In this document: positions 1 to 10,010 of the stretch, one piece after another | Layout of the letters: every line of letters begins with the position of its first letter | How positions within the stretch are numbered: position 1 is the first letter of the stretch | Source of the DNA: Nitrososphaerota archaeon | GTDB taxonomy: Archaea; Thermoproteota; Nitrososphaeria; Nitrososphaerales; Nitrosopumilaceae | NCBI GenBank assembly: GCA_028867755.1 | Contig: JAGWFT010000002.1 | Location: 192,001-256,000 of the forward strand | Reading direction: 5' to 3' | Length of the DNA stretch: 64,000 nucleotides | Program-made: the position numbers and the translations under genes | Notes under the pieces: generated by a model | What the model was told of the DNA's origin: nothing | The model's input: only the letters and a program-made list of their open reading frames with translations | Databases searched by the model: none

Positions 1-140
1 TTTTGATCCAAAAATATGTGCAGTCTAAAATTAATTAGACTGCTTTTGTACAAATGTGGAGTGGCAGTTGATGAATATTCAGTGTAAGACAAAGTATGAC
101 ATGAAATGCCTAATTTGTAAAAAACTTGAAAAAGACCTTT

Positions 141-1718
141 TTAGGCTTGAGCAATATCTCTCCAATTGGTCTCGACTTTTGTGACCCATTGGAATTTCTT
201 TTGCAATGCACTTGTGTAGAGTTTTTCCCACTCTAGTCCAACCGCATCAGACCACGCCTTGACTACTCTTGGGTCAATATAGTTGCGTAAAGACGTGCCC
301 AGGTTGTAATCTCGTGTTTTTTCGGTAAGCTCTATGGTTAGTTTCAATTTTTCTTCTCGTTGTTTTTGTTTTTCTGCCTGCTTTTCTGTCTTGGTAGGAG
401 TTTCCTCGAGTTTTTTTAGTGCATCTCTTTTCTTTTGTAGTGCATCTTCGAAGCTCTTGGGAATTGTTCTTTTGTGGTTGCAGGTTATTGCCGCCTCTAG
501 GTTTGCAAGTTTTGCATGGTAAATTTTGATGTTTTCTGACTTGGAATCTATCTTGCCTACCTTTTTTAGATAACTTTTCACCACATTTGTTGCCAAGTAT
601 GTCCTGAAGACCTTGGCAGTAAGATCTTTTACCACACCACTCAAAAACTCATTTACATGTCTTGATGTAATGTCATCAAATATGAGATCGTCTGATTTTT
701 TCTTTTCAGTGAATTTTTTCAAATTTTCATAAAATACCTTGTCCTGCTCTGTTACAGGAAGTGGCCTTTGCCATCTCACACTGTCTTTTCCAAGAAAGTC
801 AAATTCTATTATGTTTGGTTTTAGCTTGATGTGTTCCACGCGGAGCGTTGTTGCACCTACAGTGTCTGCCTCATCAGGATCCTTTTCGTCTCCTACTCTC
901 ATTGCAGTCTTGTAAATTAGATAACTTACTGTGGCCACCTGTCTCACCTTTTCGTCCTTGTCTGACATTTTTTTGACTATGGCATCAAGCACTTTACTTA
1001 TGTGCTCTGAGAGCTTGGTTGCCTTTTCATATTTCATCTTGTCACGACCTTGCTTTAGGTCAGAGGTGTCAGAAAGCCAAACATACTTTCTTTTCTCTGT
1101 AAGCCTATCTTCCCAGCTTGCAAGCCACATAAAGTCAGACTCGTGAATTATCTGCCACCACTTTCCTGGAGGAACCTTGGCATCTTCTCCAAGGTTTAGT
1201 GTAACGTCTTTTTCGGTGACTCGAGGCTTCCATCTGCCCCTTAGTGGATGGTCGCCACGTCCTATGAATAAGCCTGGCGGTTCTGCCATCCAGTTGGCAA
1301 CCTCTACTTCTTTTCCATCCATCATTGCCTTTCCGTATACTCCCTTCATCTTTTCTTTGATCTCTTTTCTTGTAGTGGCAATCTTCTTTTTCTCTTCTTT
1401 TGTTACCGTAAGCTTGGCATCATTTTCTTTATCAACAACCTTGAAAGAGTCTGAAAAATCAATATCGGAAAATGCAGTCTTCTTGTACTTGTCTGGCAGC
1501 ATCGTGACAAAATCAGAAAGAAAGTTTTTCTGAAAAACAGAATCTTTCACATAAGGCGTGTCTTTTTTCTTTGCCCACTGGTAGGCCATCTCTTCTGCAT
1601 CCAAGCTTAGGGGGACCTTCTCACCCTTGATCCTAATCGTTATCCCCTTTGACTCAAACGGGGGAGGGAATGCAATGCCGTTATGTTGTAATGTCTTCCA
1701 CTTCATTTTTAATATCAC
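141..1718 (-). CDS. topB: DNA topoisomerase IB
   Basis: Eukaryote-like Top1 motifs: EPPGLFIGRGDHP, AMRVGDEK, TVGATTLR, FLGKDS, AKVFRTY, AITCNH and catalytic Tyr in GTSLRNYIDPR. Confidence 0.95.
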   Translation of the reverse strand: MILKMKWKTLQHNGIAFPPPFESKGITIRIKGEKVPLSLDAEEMAYQWAKKKDTPYVKDSVFQKNFLSDFVTMLPDKYKKTAFSDIDFSDSFKVVDKENDAKLTVTKEEKKKIATTRKEIKEKMKGVYGKAMMDGKEVEVANWMAEPPGLFIGRGDHPLRGRWKPRVTEKDVTLNLGEDAKVPPGKWWQIIHESDFMWLASWEDRLTEKRKYVWLSDTSDLKQGRDKMKYEKATKLSEHISKVLDAIVKKMSDKDEKVRQVATVSYLIYKTAMRVGDEKDPDEADTVGATTLRVEHIKLKPNIIEFDFLGKDSVRWQRPLPVTEQDKVFYENLKKFTEKKKSDDLIFDDITSRHVNEFLSGVVKDLTAKVFRTYLATNVVKSYLKKVGKIDSKSENIKIYHAKLANLEAAITCNHKRTIPKSFEDALQKKRDALKKLEETPTKTEKQAEKQKQREEKLKLTIELTEKTRDYNLGTSLRNYIDPRVVKAWSDAVGLEWEKLYTSALQKKFQWVTKVETNWRDIAQA

Positions 1719-1863
1719 CGTATTTTTTACCTAAATCTGTTGACTTTGACAAAAATTGACTCTCTGACTTATATCAATCTATTCAAAAATAATGTAAAAA
1801 ATTCATACATTTTTTCAATGATTGTACCAACAATGATGAAAATACTTTATCCACAGAAAAAAT

Positions 1864-2697
1864 CTAGCTAAAAAGTTCCTTTTTTATATAATTTTCAAAC
1901 TCAATGTCTGTCTTACTCTTCTTTGCCTCAAGGAACATTATTGCGTCATTGCCAACTGGGTACCTAGGTAATGGGTTCTCAGAGCTTATTGCATTGATTA
2001 TGGCTCTTGCCACATCTTGGGCAGGAGTTCCCATCTCAGACATCATGACAAGGCCTTGCATTACTTTTTCTGTAATATCTTTGTAAATGGAATCTGGCTT
2101 GGTTACTTTTTTTAACGATGCAAAAAGGTTAGTCTTGACAACGCCGGGCTCTATTATTACGGTCTTGATGTTAAATGGTGCAAGCTCGTATCTCATGGAC
2201 TCACTAAGACCCTCGAGTGCAAACTTTGAACTGATATAGGCAGGAGTTACAGGAAATCCAATCCTTCCAGCAACTGAGCTGACATTTACTATGATTCCAG
2301 ATTTTTGCATGCGCATTGTTGGCAATACTTCTTGGATTGTCCTTGCTACTCCAAAGAAATTTGTCTCAAACTGGGCTCTCATATCTTTTATTGATAAATC
2401 CTCAAGGCAGCCAACCAGGAAATATCCAGCATTGTTTACAAGTACATCTATCCTTTTTTTGTCCTGAACTATCTTGCCTACTGCATTCTTGATGGTATCT
2501 TCCTTATCCACATCAAGTTCTAAGACTTCGATCTTTAAGTTTTCTTTTTTTGCAATCTCTAAAATCTTGCCGTTCTTTTTTGTGTCGCGCATCGTGGCAT
2601 ATGTATAACATCCATTTCTTGCCAGTGCAAGTGCAGTCTCAAAACCTATGCCGCTTGAGCTCCCAGTTACAATTGCAACTTTATCCATAATTATCAT
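1864..2697 (-). CDS. Short-chain dehydrogenase/reductase (classical SDR)
   Basis: TGSSSGIG Rossmann motif, NNAG, catalytic S...YISSK. Confidence 0.92.
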   Translation of the reverse strand: MIIMDKVAIVTGSSSGIGFETALALARNGCYTYATMRDTKKNGKILEIAKKENLKIEVLELDVDKEDTIKNAVGKIVQDKKRIDVLVNNAGYFLVGCLEDLSIKDMRAQFETNFFGVARTIQEVLPTMRMQKSGIIVNVSSVAGRIGFPVTPAYISSKFALEGLSESMRYELAPFNIKTVIIEPGVVKTNLFASLKKVTKPDSIYKDITEKVMQGLVMMSEMGTPAQDVARAIINAISSENPLPRYPVGNDAIMFLEAKKSKTDIEFENYIKKELFS

Positions 2698-2753
2698 TCT
2701 AAAACCATGTTAATAATTTCTGCCATTTTATGATATCATCACAATAACATCGA

Positions 2754-5264
2754 CTAGACTAGAGGCCTGTCTCCCTCTGAAGGCTCTGAGATCTCTGTTA
2801 CTTCACCGTCCTTGATTCTCTGGAGTATCTCAGCAGATGCGCCCTTGTGAAGATATTCATTGTTGTTGCCACATCTGTACGAGAAGGTACACCGAGGGCA
2901 TCCTGACTCATTTTTGCACGGACACTCTTTTACTATATGCAGGCTGCGGTCAAACGCTTTTTCAAGCCTGTCATACAAGACCTTGCTTGCACCATTGCCG
3001 CCAATTGCAGAGTCGTATACAAAAATTAATCCTGATGTGCCAAGCGAGATTCCGCCAAGGTCTTGTGATACGCCGCCTGTTATCATGTTGCTGCCCTCTA
3101 TGACAACATGCTCAGTTGCATGGTATCCGCTTGCCTCTGTATGCTCTGCATTCTCAGCTTTGCCTATCTCAACTTGCGGTCTTGGTGCCTTGAAGACCAG
3201 ACCCTTTGTGACAAAATCATACTCTAGTGGATTTTCAAGGGTTACCTTTTGTCCCTGCGTTATCTCTTGGCCTAGCTCGATGTTGACATAGCCATATACG
3301 CGCTTTTGTATGTGTAGCTTGCAAAACGCCACCTCAATTCCGTTTGCCTGCCTTTTCTCAAAGATTGTATCAATTGTCGGCCACTCTTCTGTCAATGCCT
3401 TTGTATAGTATGGATAATTTTTTGGAAGAACTTCTAGTTTTGCAGACATGTTTCTAGGATAGCCAAGCTCCTTTACTCGATACCTTGTTCCGGCAAGAAA
3501 ATAAACAGCTGATGGATGCAGCTCTTCTAGTGCAATAGGCAGAACCCTGTCCCCTACTTTGATTCCGTTCAAGAAAATGTCAATTGACTTGCCAATTCCT
3601 CTAATGCTATAGTCTTCTAGGAGATTTTTAATTTGATCAAAGTTTGGAACATACCTATTTTCAACCAGAACGAGATTTCCAACATCAAGGTGTCTTTGAA
3701 TCACGCTCTTGTGCTCTTGCAGCTCATGTTTTGCAATTGGCTTGTCGCATGCCATTGCAAGTACCTGAAACTCTTCAACAAAGGGATTTTTTGGGTCTAT
3801 GTAGATTTGTTCTGTGTCCTCAAAGTAATCCCCTGGGTGATTCTTGTAGTATTGCGATATTGGATCGTTTCCAAGAACCAAGAAAGCAAAACCGTCCTGC
3901 CCTTTTCTTGCGGCCCTGCCAATTCTTTGAACCAGTCGATTCACCGGAATGGTAGAAGATATCACACCATCCACATCTCCAACATCGATTCCAAGCTCAA
4001 GTGTAGGGGTTGCAGATACGGCAAGCAGCTTGTCATTTTTGAACATATTCTCAACTGACCGTCTATAGTTTGCCATCAGCCCTGCCCTGTGAACTTTGAT
4101 GTCTATCTTTTGGCGTCTTGCCTGAAGCGCCAAGAGCTCCGAGTTTAGGTGAGAGTTGTTAAAGACAAGTGTCTTGTGTCTCTTTGACGAGAGTCTCTTT
4201 AGTATGTCGATCATCAAGCCACGTTGGGTGACAAGAGAAGGAAACAGCATGCAAAACTCTATTCTCCCTTTCTTTCCAGAGCCTGTAACCTGTCCCATCT
4301 TGACTCCAAACAAGTCTTGGCAGAATGAGAGCGCATTTTCAAGTGTGGCAGAAGATGCCACAAACTGAACCTTGGGACAGACTCGTTTTAGTCTCTTGAT
4401 GATATAGTGTACATTAGAGCCAAAGATTCCTGAATATACATGGGCCTCATCAACTGCCAAGAACTTGACAGTATTTAGCAATGCAGCAAATCTTGTCCTG
4501 TGCCATAGGTGATAATGCAGCACATCAAAGTTTGTTATTATAATTTCAGGAGGACTGTCAAGAATCTTTCTTCGCTCTACATCTTTAGTATCTCCATCAA
4601 AAACAGCAATTCCGATATTTAGCTTGTCTGCAATGTCCTTTATCTTTGGGTACTGGTCACGTGATAACGACTTGGTCGGATAAACAAAGAGCGCCTGTGT
4701 GATGCGTTGTGGTGTCTTTGAATCCACTATTTTTTGCATTATTGGTATCACAAAGGCCTCTGTCTTGCCAGATGCAGTTGGGGCAGTTATGACAATGTTT
4801 TTTCCAAATATGATGTCATGGATTGCATCTTCCTGAAATTTGTAAAACTTGGAAATGCCTTTTGATTTTAACACCTCAATAATCCTTTCATCTAGTCCCG
4901 AGTCATCAACTGTAGAGCCCATCTCTGGGTCTGGCTCTTCAATTGACTTGAAATGTGACACGTAATGTTTTTTTGAAAATAATATTGATTTTGTCAGCTC
5001 GTCTATCTTGGTTTTTCCAATCATCTTTTTTATCTCCGATTCGCTTTGCAGAAGACCTTCTTTTTCTAGTGCACTCTGGGATTCTTTCTTGGTTGGAATC
5101 TGCCCCGAGTCAAACCTTACAAGAAAGTCAAGATATGCCTCATCTACGTTTCTTGTATCGTCTATTACGTCCTCAATCTTGCACTGTGCACAGCTGAACA
5201 GAATTTTTTGGTTAAATGTCTTTTGTACCTCTATCTTTGATTTACACTTGGGACACGAATGCAC
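2754..5264 (-). CDS. DEAD/DEAH-box SF2 helicase with C-terminal DUF1998-type Cys cluster (Hrq1/SftH/MrfA-like) and N-terminal Zn ribbon
   Basis: APTASGKT, DEAHVYSG, SSAT, TLELGIDVG, QRIGRAAR; C-terminal CPCKNESGCPRC; N-terminal CPKC...CAQC. Confidence 0.88.
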   Translation of the reverse strand: MHSCPKCKSKIEVQKTFNQKILFSCAQCKIEDVIDDTRNVDEAYLDFLVRFDSGQIPTKKESQSALEKEGLLQSESEIKKMIGKTKIDELTKSILFSKKHYVSHFKSIEEPDPEMGSTVDDSGLDERIIEVLKSKGISKFYKFQEDAIHDIIFGKNIVITAPTASGKTEAFVIPIMQKIVDSKTPQRITQALFVYPTKSLSRDQYPKIKDIADKLNIGIAVFDGDTKDVERRKILDSPPEIIITNFDVLHYHLWHRTRFAALLNTVKFLAVDEAHVYSGIFGSNVHYIIKRLKRVCPKVQFVASSATLENALSFCQDLFGVKMGQVTGSGKKGRIEFCMLFPSLVTQRGLMIDILKRLSSKRHKTLVFNNSHLNSELLALQARRQKIDIKVHRAGLMANYRRSVENMFKNDKLLAVSATPTLELGIDVGDVDGVISSTIPVNRLVQRIGRAARKGQDGFAFLVLGNDPISQYYKNHPGDYFEDTEQIYIDPKNPFVEEFQVLAMACDKPIAKHELQEHKSVIQRHLDVGNLVLVENRYVPNFDQIKNLLEDYSIRGIGKSIDIFLNGIKVGDRVLPIALEELHPSAVYFLAGTRYRVKELGYPRNMSAKLEVLPKNYPYYTKALTEEWPTIDTIFEKRQANGIEVAFCKLHIQKRVYGYVNIELGQEITQGQKVTLENPLEYDFVTKGLVFKAPRPQVEIGKAENAEHTEASGYHATEHVVIEGSNMITGGVSQDLGGISLGTSGLIFVYDSAIGGNGASKVLYDRLEKAFDRSLHIVKECPCKNESGCPRCTFSYRCGNNNEYLHKGASAEILQRIKDGEVTEISEPSEGDRPLV

Positions 5265-5297
5265 TAGGTCACGGAAAGATCTTGTCTGATTTAATTT

Positions 5298-6251
5298 TTG
5301 GTTGCAGGTAAAATTCTACCTCAAGTCAAACCTTTAAGCAAGAAAACTCTAGCAGAATCGTTGGCAGTACTTGTAACAGGTGCCACGGGATTTGTCGGAA
5401 CAAGGCTGGTTGACAGGCTGGTAAGAAGAGGAGATTTGGTAACTGCTCTTGTTCGCGTAGGCAAGGTTGCAAATCCACAAACAAAGGTGGTTACAGGAGA
5501 TCTGACTTATCCAGACTTTGATTTTCCAGACGACTCGTATGATACTGTGTACCATCTTGCAGCTGCGTGGCCTGGCGAGAAAGACAAGAAGGTGCAAAGA
5601 AAGGTAAACTATGACGGAACGGTCAACCTGTTTAGCAAGATAAAGGACAAGATCAAGTTTTTTGTGTATATTTCAGGACTGGGTGCTTTTGGGGACCCAA
5701 AAGGAAATCCAATAGATGAGACCTCAAGTGTAAACCCCAATACAGACTATGCCAAGATTAGGCTGGAAGCACAAAAGTATCTTGAAGACAGTTGCAAAGA
5801 AAATGGAATTCCATTTACTGTTGCATATCTTGGCGATGTGTACGGAGACGGGGGCTGGTTCAAATCCATGATGATTGAGAGACTAAAGAAGGGCTCGTTT
5901 AAAATTCCAGGCTCTGGAAAATATTACCGAAGTTTTGTCCACGTCGAAGATGCAGTATCTGCACTTGTATCAATCGTAGAAAAAAATCAGGTAAATCAAT
6001 CATTTGTAGTAACAGACTCTAGTCCAGCCATGTTTTCAGATTTTGCAAGTTTTGTCTGCTCAAAACTTGGAGTAAAAATACCTGGAACAGTTCCGACATT
6101 TCTTGCAAAAACAGTTCTTGGCTCTGACTTTGTAACACTGCTTACAACATCAGTCAAGGCGTCCAACTCCAAGATATCTCAGATATGCAATTTTGCGTAC
6201 CCTTCATATCAAGAGGGAATAAGTGCAGTTATTTCAGAAATGAAATCATGA
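5298..6251 (+). CDS. NAD-dependent epimerase/dehydratase family (extended SDR)
   Basis: VTGATGFVG, HLAA, YAKIR, FVHVEDA. Confidence 0.85.
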   Translation: MVAGKILPQVKPLSKKTLAESLAVLVTGATGFVGTRLVDRLVRRGDLVTALVRVGKVANPQTKVVTGDLTYPDFDFPDDSYDTVYHLAAAWPGEKDKKVQRKVNYDGTVNLFSKIKDKIKFFVYISGLGAFGDPKGNPIDETSSVNPNTDYAKIRLEAQKYLEDSCKENGIPFTVAYLGDVYGDGGWFKSMMIERLKKGSFKIPGSGKYYRSFVHVEDAVSALVSIVEKNQVNQSFVVTDSSPAMFSDFASFVCSKLGVKIPGTVPTFLAKTVLGSDFVTLLTTSVKASNSKISQICNFAYPSYQEGISAVISEMKS

Positions 6252-6285
6252 TTAGAATATAATATGTGGCCCTTCTTAGGTCCGT

Positions 6286-6975
6286 GTGGGCCTTGGAAGC
6301 AGTTGGGGGCAGGTACTTGATGTTCTGGAACAAATAATTCCAGTCTATGACAGGGTCAACTCGTTTATCTCTCTTGGAAAAGATCTAGAGTTTCGAGAGC
6401 GTGGAATACGCGGTAGAGTAAACAAGGGTGACATAGTACTTGATGCAGGTTCTGGGTTTGGCAACATGTCAAAGACTGCCATGAATCTTTGCGAAAATGA
6501 TCTCAAAATAACACTGTATGATCCACTCAGACCAATGTTACAGAACACAGGCAGGTTGTTTGCAAAAACACCAGACCTGACATGTGGCGTGTTTGAACAC
6601 ATTCCATTTAGGGACGAAAACTTTGATGCAGTAATTTGCGGATACTCGTTACGTGACGCAATAAGCCTGCGTATTGCAATATCTGAGATACATCGAGTCC
6701 TAAAAAAGGGAGGAAGATTTGTGATTGTTGATCTAGGCAAGCCAGACAACCCGGTGATAAGGCTAGGTGTATCATTTTATCTACGAGTTGTTTTGCCTGT
6801 GATTGCACTATCGGCAGGTGGAAGACTGGGACTGAAATTTGCAGCACTGTACCACACATACAAACTGTGGCCACAAAATAAAAAACTAGAATTCCTACTT
6901 TTAGAAAAATTTGCAAGAGTTGAATTTGATACTGGGATGATGGGTGGTGCTGTCATAGTTGCCGCTTACAAGTAG
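6286..6975 (+). CDS. Class I SAM methyltransferase, UbiE/MenG-like
   Basis: YDRVNSFISLG, VLDAGSGFG, IPFRDENFDAV, EIHRVLKKGG. Confidence 0.8.
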   Translation: MGLGSSWGQVLDVLEQIIPVYDRVNSFISLGKDLEFRERGIRGRVNKGDIVLDAGSGFGNMSKTAMNLCENDLKITLYDPLRPMLQNTGRLFAKTPDLTCGVFEHIPFRDENFDAVICGYSLRDAISLRIAISEIHRVLKKGGRFVIVDLGKPDNPVIRLGVSFYLRVVLPVIALSAGGRLGLKFAALYHTYKLWPQNKKLEFLLLEKFARVEFDTGMMGGAVIVAAYK

Positions 6976-7014
6976 TCTAAAGCTTTAATTCTGGAAAGCA
7001 CTCAAATCATTTCC

Positions 7015-7371
7015 GTGACAGATTTCTCCCTTACTATAATGGGAAATGACTGGATAATGATAGCATTTGTAGCACTAGTTATGCTGCTTGGAACAAAACG
7101 CATGCCAGAGGCGTCACGAAAAATTGGAAAGATAATGGGGCAATTTAACAAAACAAAAAACATTGTACAAGATGAGATTCAAAAGGCAAAGGGAGACTTT
7201 AGTGTGCCAATACAAGGCCCCGCGGCTTCTGAGAGGCAAAAACTTGAGGTCATGGCAAAAACTCTTGGAATAGATTATGTCAACAAGACCGATGACGATC
7301 TGAGAAATTTGATATCATCAAAGCTTGGGGGGCAAAAGACTAATCAAGGATCTGAACAACCAACGAAATAA
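7015..7371 (+). CDS. tatA: Twin-arginine translocase TatA/TatB family subunit
   Basis: Single N-terminal TM followed by LLGTKRMPEASRKIGK amphipathic helix. Confidence 0.8.
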   Translation: MTDFSLTIMGNDWIMIAFVALVMLLGTKRMPEASRKIGKIMGQFNKTKNIVQDEIQKAKGDFSVPIQGPAASERQKLEVMAKTLGIDYVNKTDDDLRNLISSKLGGQKTNQGSEQPTK

Positions 7372-7426
7372 GACACTGCCAGTCTCAACAAATTTAAATA
7401 CATTCCAATGAGAAATATCGATAAGT

Positions 7427-8674
7427 TTGACCAAGATAGATCCCTGGCAGAATGCACTCAAGCAACTAGCATCAGCTTCAAAAATTTTAAAGCTTGATCC
7501 AGGTATACACGAGATGCTTGCGTCACCAAAAAAAGTTCTGACTGTTTCTCTTCCAGTAAAGATGGATGATGGAAGAATACGAGTTTTCACAGGATTTCGA
7601 TCACAACATAATGATTTTAGAGGCCCGTTCAAGGGAGGAATAAGATATCACCCAGATGTAACAATAGAAGAAGTAAAAGCACTCTCAATGTGGATGACCT
7701 GGAAGTGTTCTATAGTTGATGTTCCTTTTGGCGGTGGAAAGGGAGGAATCATCTGTGATCCTAAAAGACTTTCTGCTGGAGAGAAGGAGAGACTTACAAG
7801 AAGATATGCATATGCTATTTCTGAAATAATTGGACCTGGCAAGGATGTGCCAGCTCCTGATGTTTATACAACAGGAAAAGAGATGGCACAGATAATGGAT
7901 GTCTACAGTGTACTGCATGGACAGGGAGAGCCAGCTGTTATCACAGGCAAACCAATCCCAATAGGCGGCTCTCAGGCAAGAAATGTTGCAACAGGTCTTG
8001 GGGTATCATACTGTGTAAGAGAAGCTGCCAAGAAACTGGGCTTGAGATTAAAGGGCGCCAAAGTCGTAATACAAGGGTATGGCAATGCTGGAACTTTTGC
8101 GGCAGAATACATCGAGAAGATGGGCGCAAAGATAATCGCAGTAAGCGATTCAAAGGGTTCTATCATAAATACAAAGGGTTTGGATACAAAGAAAGTACTA
8201 GACTACAAGAACAAGGCAGGAAGCGTAGTTGGATATCCGGGAAGCAAAAAGATCTCAACAGAGCAGCTTCTTACCACACCGTGTGATGTATTGGTGCCAG
8301 CAGCTCTTGAGAACCAGATTACTCCACAGATTGCAAAAAATGTTGATTGTAAGCTAATTGCAGAGGCAGCAAATGGACCGACAACTCCAGAAGCTGATGA
8401 GGTTTTGTACAAGAATAAGATAATGGTAATCCCAGATATATTGGCAAACTCTGGCGGTGTATGCATTTCATATCTAGAATGGGTGCAGAACCTGCAGAGA
8501 TACTATTGGTCATTTGATGAGGTAGCAGGCAAGATGGAGCACCACATTGTAAAGGGATTCAATGACACGTACGCATTATCCAAAAAGCACAATGTCGACA
8601 TGAGAAAGGCAAGCATGGTACTTGCAGTAGGCAGAGTCTTAGATGCATACGACGCAAGAGGCCTCTGGCCGTAA
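7427..8674 (+). CDS. gdhA: Glutamate dehydrogenase (Glu/Leu/Phe/Val DH family)
   Basis: GPFKGGIRYHP, PFGGGKGG, DVPAPD, ITGKP, GYGNAG, EAANGP, ANSGGV. Confidence 0.95.
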   Translation: MTKIDPWQNALKQLASASKILKLDPGIHEMLASPKKVLTVSLPVKMDDGRIRVFTGFRSQHNDFRGPFKGGIRYHPDVTIEEVKALSMWMTWKCSIVDVPFGGGKGGIICDPKRLSAGEKERLTRRYAYAISEIIGPGKDVPAPDVYTTGKEMAQIMDVYSVLHGQGEPAVITGKPIPIGGSQARNVATGLGVSYCVREAAKKLGLRLKGAKVVIQGYGNAGTFAAEYIEKMGAKIIAVSDSKGSIINTKGLDTKKVLDYKNKAGSVVGYPGSKKISTEQLLTTPCDVLVPAALENQITPQIAKNVDCKLIAEAANGPTTPEADEVLYKNKIMVIPDILANSGGVCISYLEWVQNLQRYYWSFDEVAGKMEHHIVKGFNDTYALSKKHNVDMRKASMVLAVGRVLDAYDARGLWP

Positions 8675-8782
8675 AAAAATTCAAAACCATCACAAGATAC
8701 GCACACATTCCACACGTACATATCATAATGACATTAATTGTTGTTTAATTGCACGAGTGGTAATCTTTACCTTACTTGGTAT

Positions 8783-8817
8783 GGTATTTTTATCCTACTA
8801 GGTAGTAAATTACTACC
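8783..8817. promoter_or_regulatory. Tandem 17-bp GGTA-N9-TAC(C/T) inverted-repeat boxes upstream of pirin (putative HxlR operator)
   Basis: ggtatttttatcctact (8783-8799) and near-perfect palindrome ggtagtaaattactacc (8801-8817), directly before a TATA-like tttaaat at 8821-8827. Confidence 0.65.
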
Positions 8818-8850
8818 AGATTTAAATGTGCGGCTGCCTATTGTGTATAC

Positions 8851-9576
8851 ATGATAGAAACAATCAAGGCAAATGAACACCACAAAAGTGAGATGGATTG
8901 GCTGTCAACCTATTACCATTTCTCGTTTGCAGATTACTTTGACCCAAAGAAGATGAACTACGGGCCACTTCGTGTCTTCAACGATGACACCATACAACCC
9001 TCATCAGGATTTGATTTTCATCCGCACAGGGATATGGAGATCATAACATACGTAATTGACGGCAAACTTGAACATCATGACAACCATGGCAACCAAGGTG
9101 TAATTGGGCCAGGAGAGATTCAGGTGATGACAGCAGGTTCTGGCATACTGCATTCAGAACACAACAATTCAAAAGAAAAACCACTGCATCTTTTGCAAAT
9201 GTGGGTTATTCCAGACAAAAAAGGACTAGAACCATCATGGCAACAAAAGGAGTACTCTAAAGAACAAAGGTTCAACAAGCTATTGCAAGTTGTAACCCCG
9301 CTTGATTCAAGCACAAATGGTGCATTAACAATACATCAAAATGCGTCATTTTATGTCTCAAGCCTAACACCAGGAGCTGAAGTTATGCATGAGATACAAC
9401 CTGGAAGAAAAGTTTATGTGTTTGTCATAGATGGACAAGTTCAGATAAATGGTATCCCTATGCAGACAAGAGATGTTGCAAAAGCAGAAGATGAGCGCAA
9501 ACTATCAATCAGATCAAAAAACCAAGCTGAGTTGATATTGATTGACTTGCCAGAAAAATATGCAGTAAAAAACTAG
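8851..9576 (+). CDS. Pirin family bicupin (YhhW-like)
   Basis: GFDFHPHRDMEIITYV, AGSGILHSEHN, LLQMWV metal-binding cupin motifs. Confidence 0.93.
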   Translation: MIETIKANEHHKSEMDWLSTYYHFSFADYFDPKKMNYGPLRVFNDDTIQPSSGFDFHPHRDMEIITYVIDGKLEHHDNHGNQGVIGPGEIQVMTAGSGILHSEHNNSKEKPLHLLQMWVIPDKKGLEPSWQQKEYSKEQRFNKLLQVVTPLDSSTNGALTIHQNASFYVSSLTPGAEVMHEIQPGRKVYVFVIDGQVQINGIPMQTRDVAKAEDERKLSIRSKNQAELILIDLPEKYAVKN

Positions 9577-9911
9577 TCTTTTTTTTGTTTTGGCTTCCAT
9601 TTGTTTGCCCATTGACCCAACTCTTCAAGGACATCTTCCAGTTCTCTTGCTTGTTTTGTCAGACTGTATTCTACTCTCACAGGTATCTCTTGGTAAATTT
9701 TTTTAATCACAAGGCCATGCCCTTCCAACTCTGTTAGTCTGTCTGATAACACTGTACTGCTTATCCCGGAAACAAGTCTCTTTAATTCATTGAAGCGTAT
9801 GGTGCCATTTGTGCTTAGATTTCTTAGTATTACTAAAGACCATGTTCTACCAAGCACATGCCAAATATCAGAAACGTCACACTGTACCATTTTTTTATTT
9901 ATTGAATCCAA
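9573..9911 (-). CDS. HxlR/DUF24 (MarR-like) winged-helix transcriptional regulator with N-terminal Cys
   Basis: QCDV...LGRTWSLVIL, RFNELKR, ISSTVLSDRLTELE, IPVRVEYSLT. Confidence 0.92.
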   Translation of the reverse strand: MDSINKKMVQCDVSDIWHVLGRTWSLVILRNLSTNGTIRFNELKRLVSGISSTVLSDRLTELEGHGLVIKKIYQEIPVRVEYSLTKQARELEDVLEELGQWANKWKPKQKKD

Positions 9912-9915
9912 CTGT

Positions 9916-9950
9916 GGTATGTTTTGCCTACCTGGTATTAAATACTTACC
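9916..9950. promoter_or_regulatory. Tandem 17-bp GGTA-N9-TACC boxes upstream of the HxlR gene (putative autoregulatory operator)
   Basis: ggtatgttttgcctacc (9916-9932) and ggtattaaatacttacc (9934-9950); same 18-bp spacing as the pair before pirin. Confidence 0.65.
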
Positions 9951-10010
9951 ATATTTTTAGAAATTTAATCTTGATTTTGTACTGACACTCACGTAGAGTT
10001 TCCAATTAAT

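Noticed and set aside
21-42. 8-bp inverted repeat CAGTCTAA/TTAGACTG downstream of topB
   Set aside because: Single short AT-rich hairpin whose context is cut by the window edge; no function can be supported
71-184. Short plus-strand ORF containing MKCLICKK
   Set aside because: Overlaps the topB stop, has only one CxxC and no recognisable family
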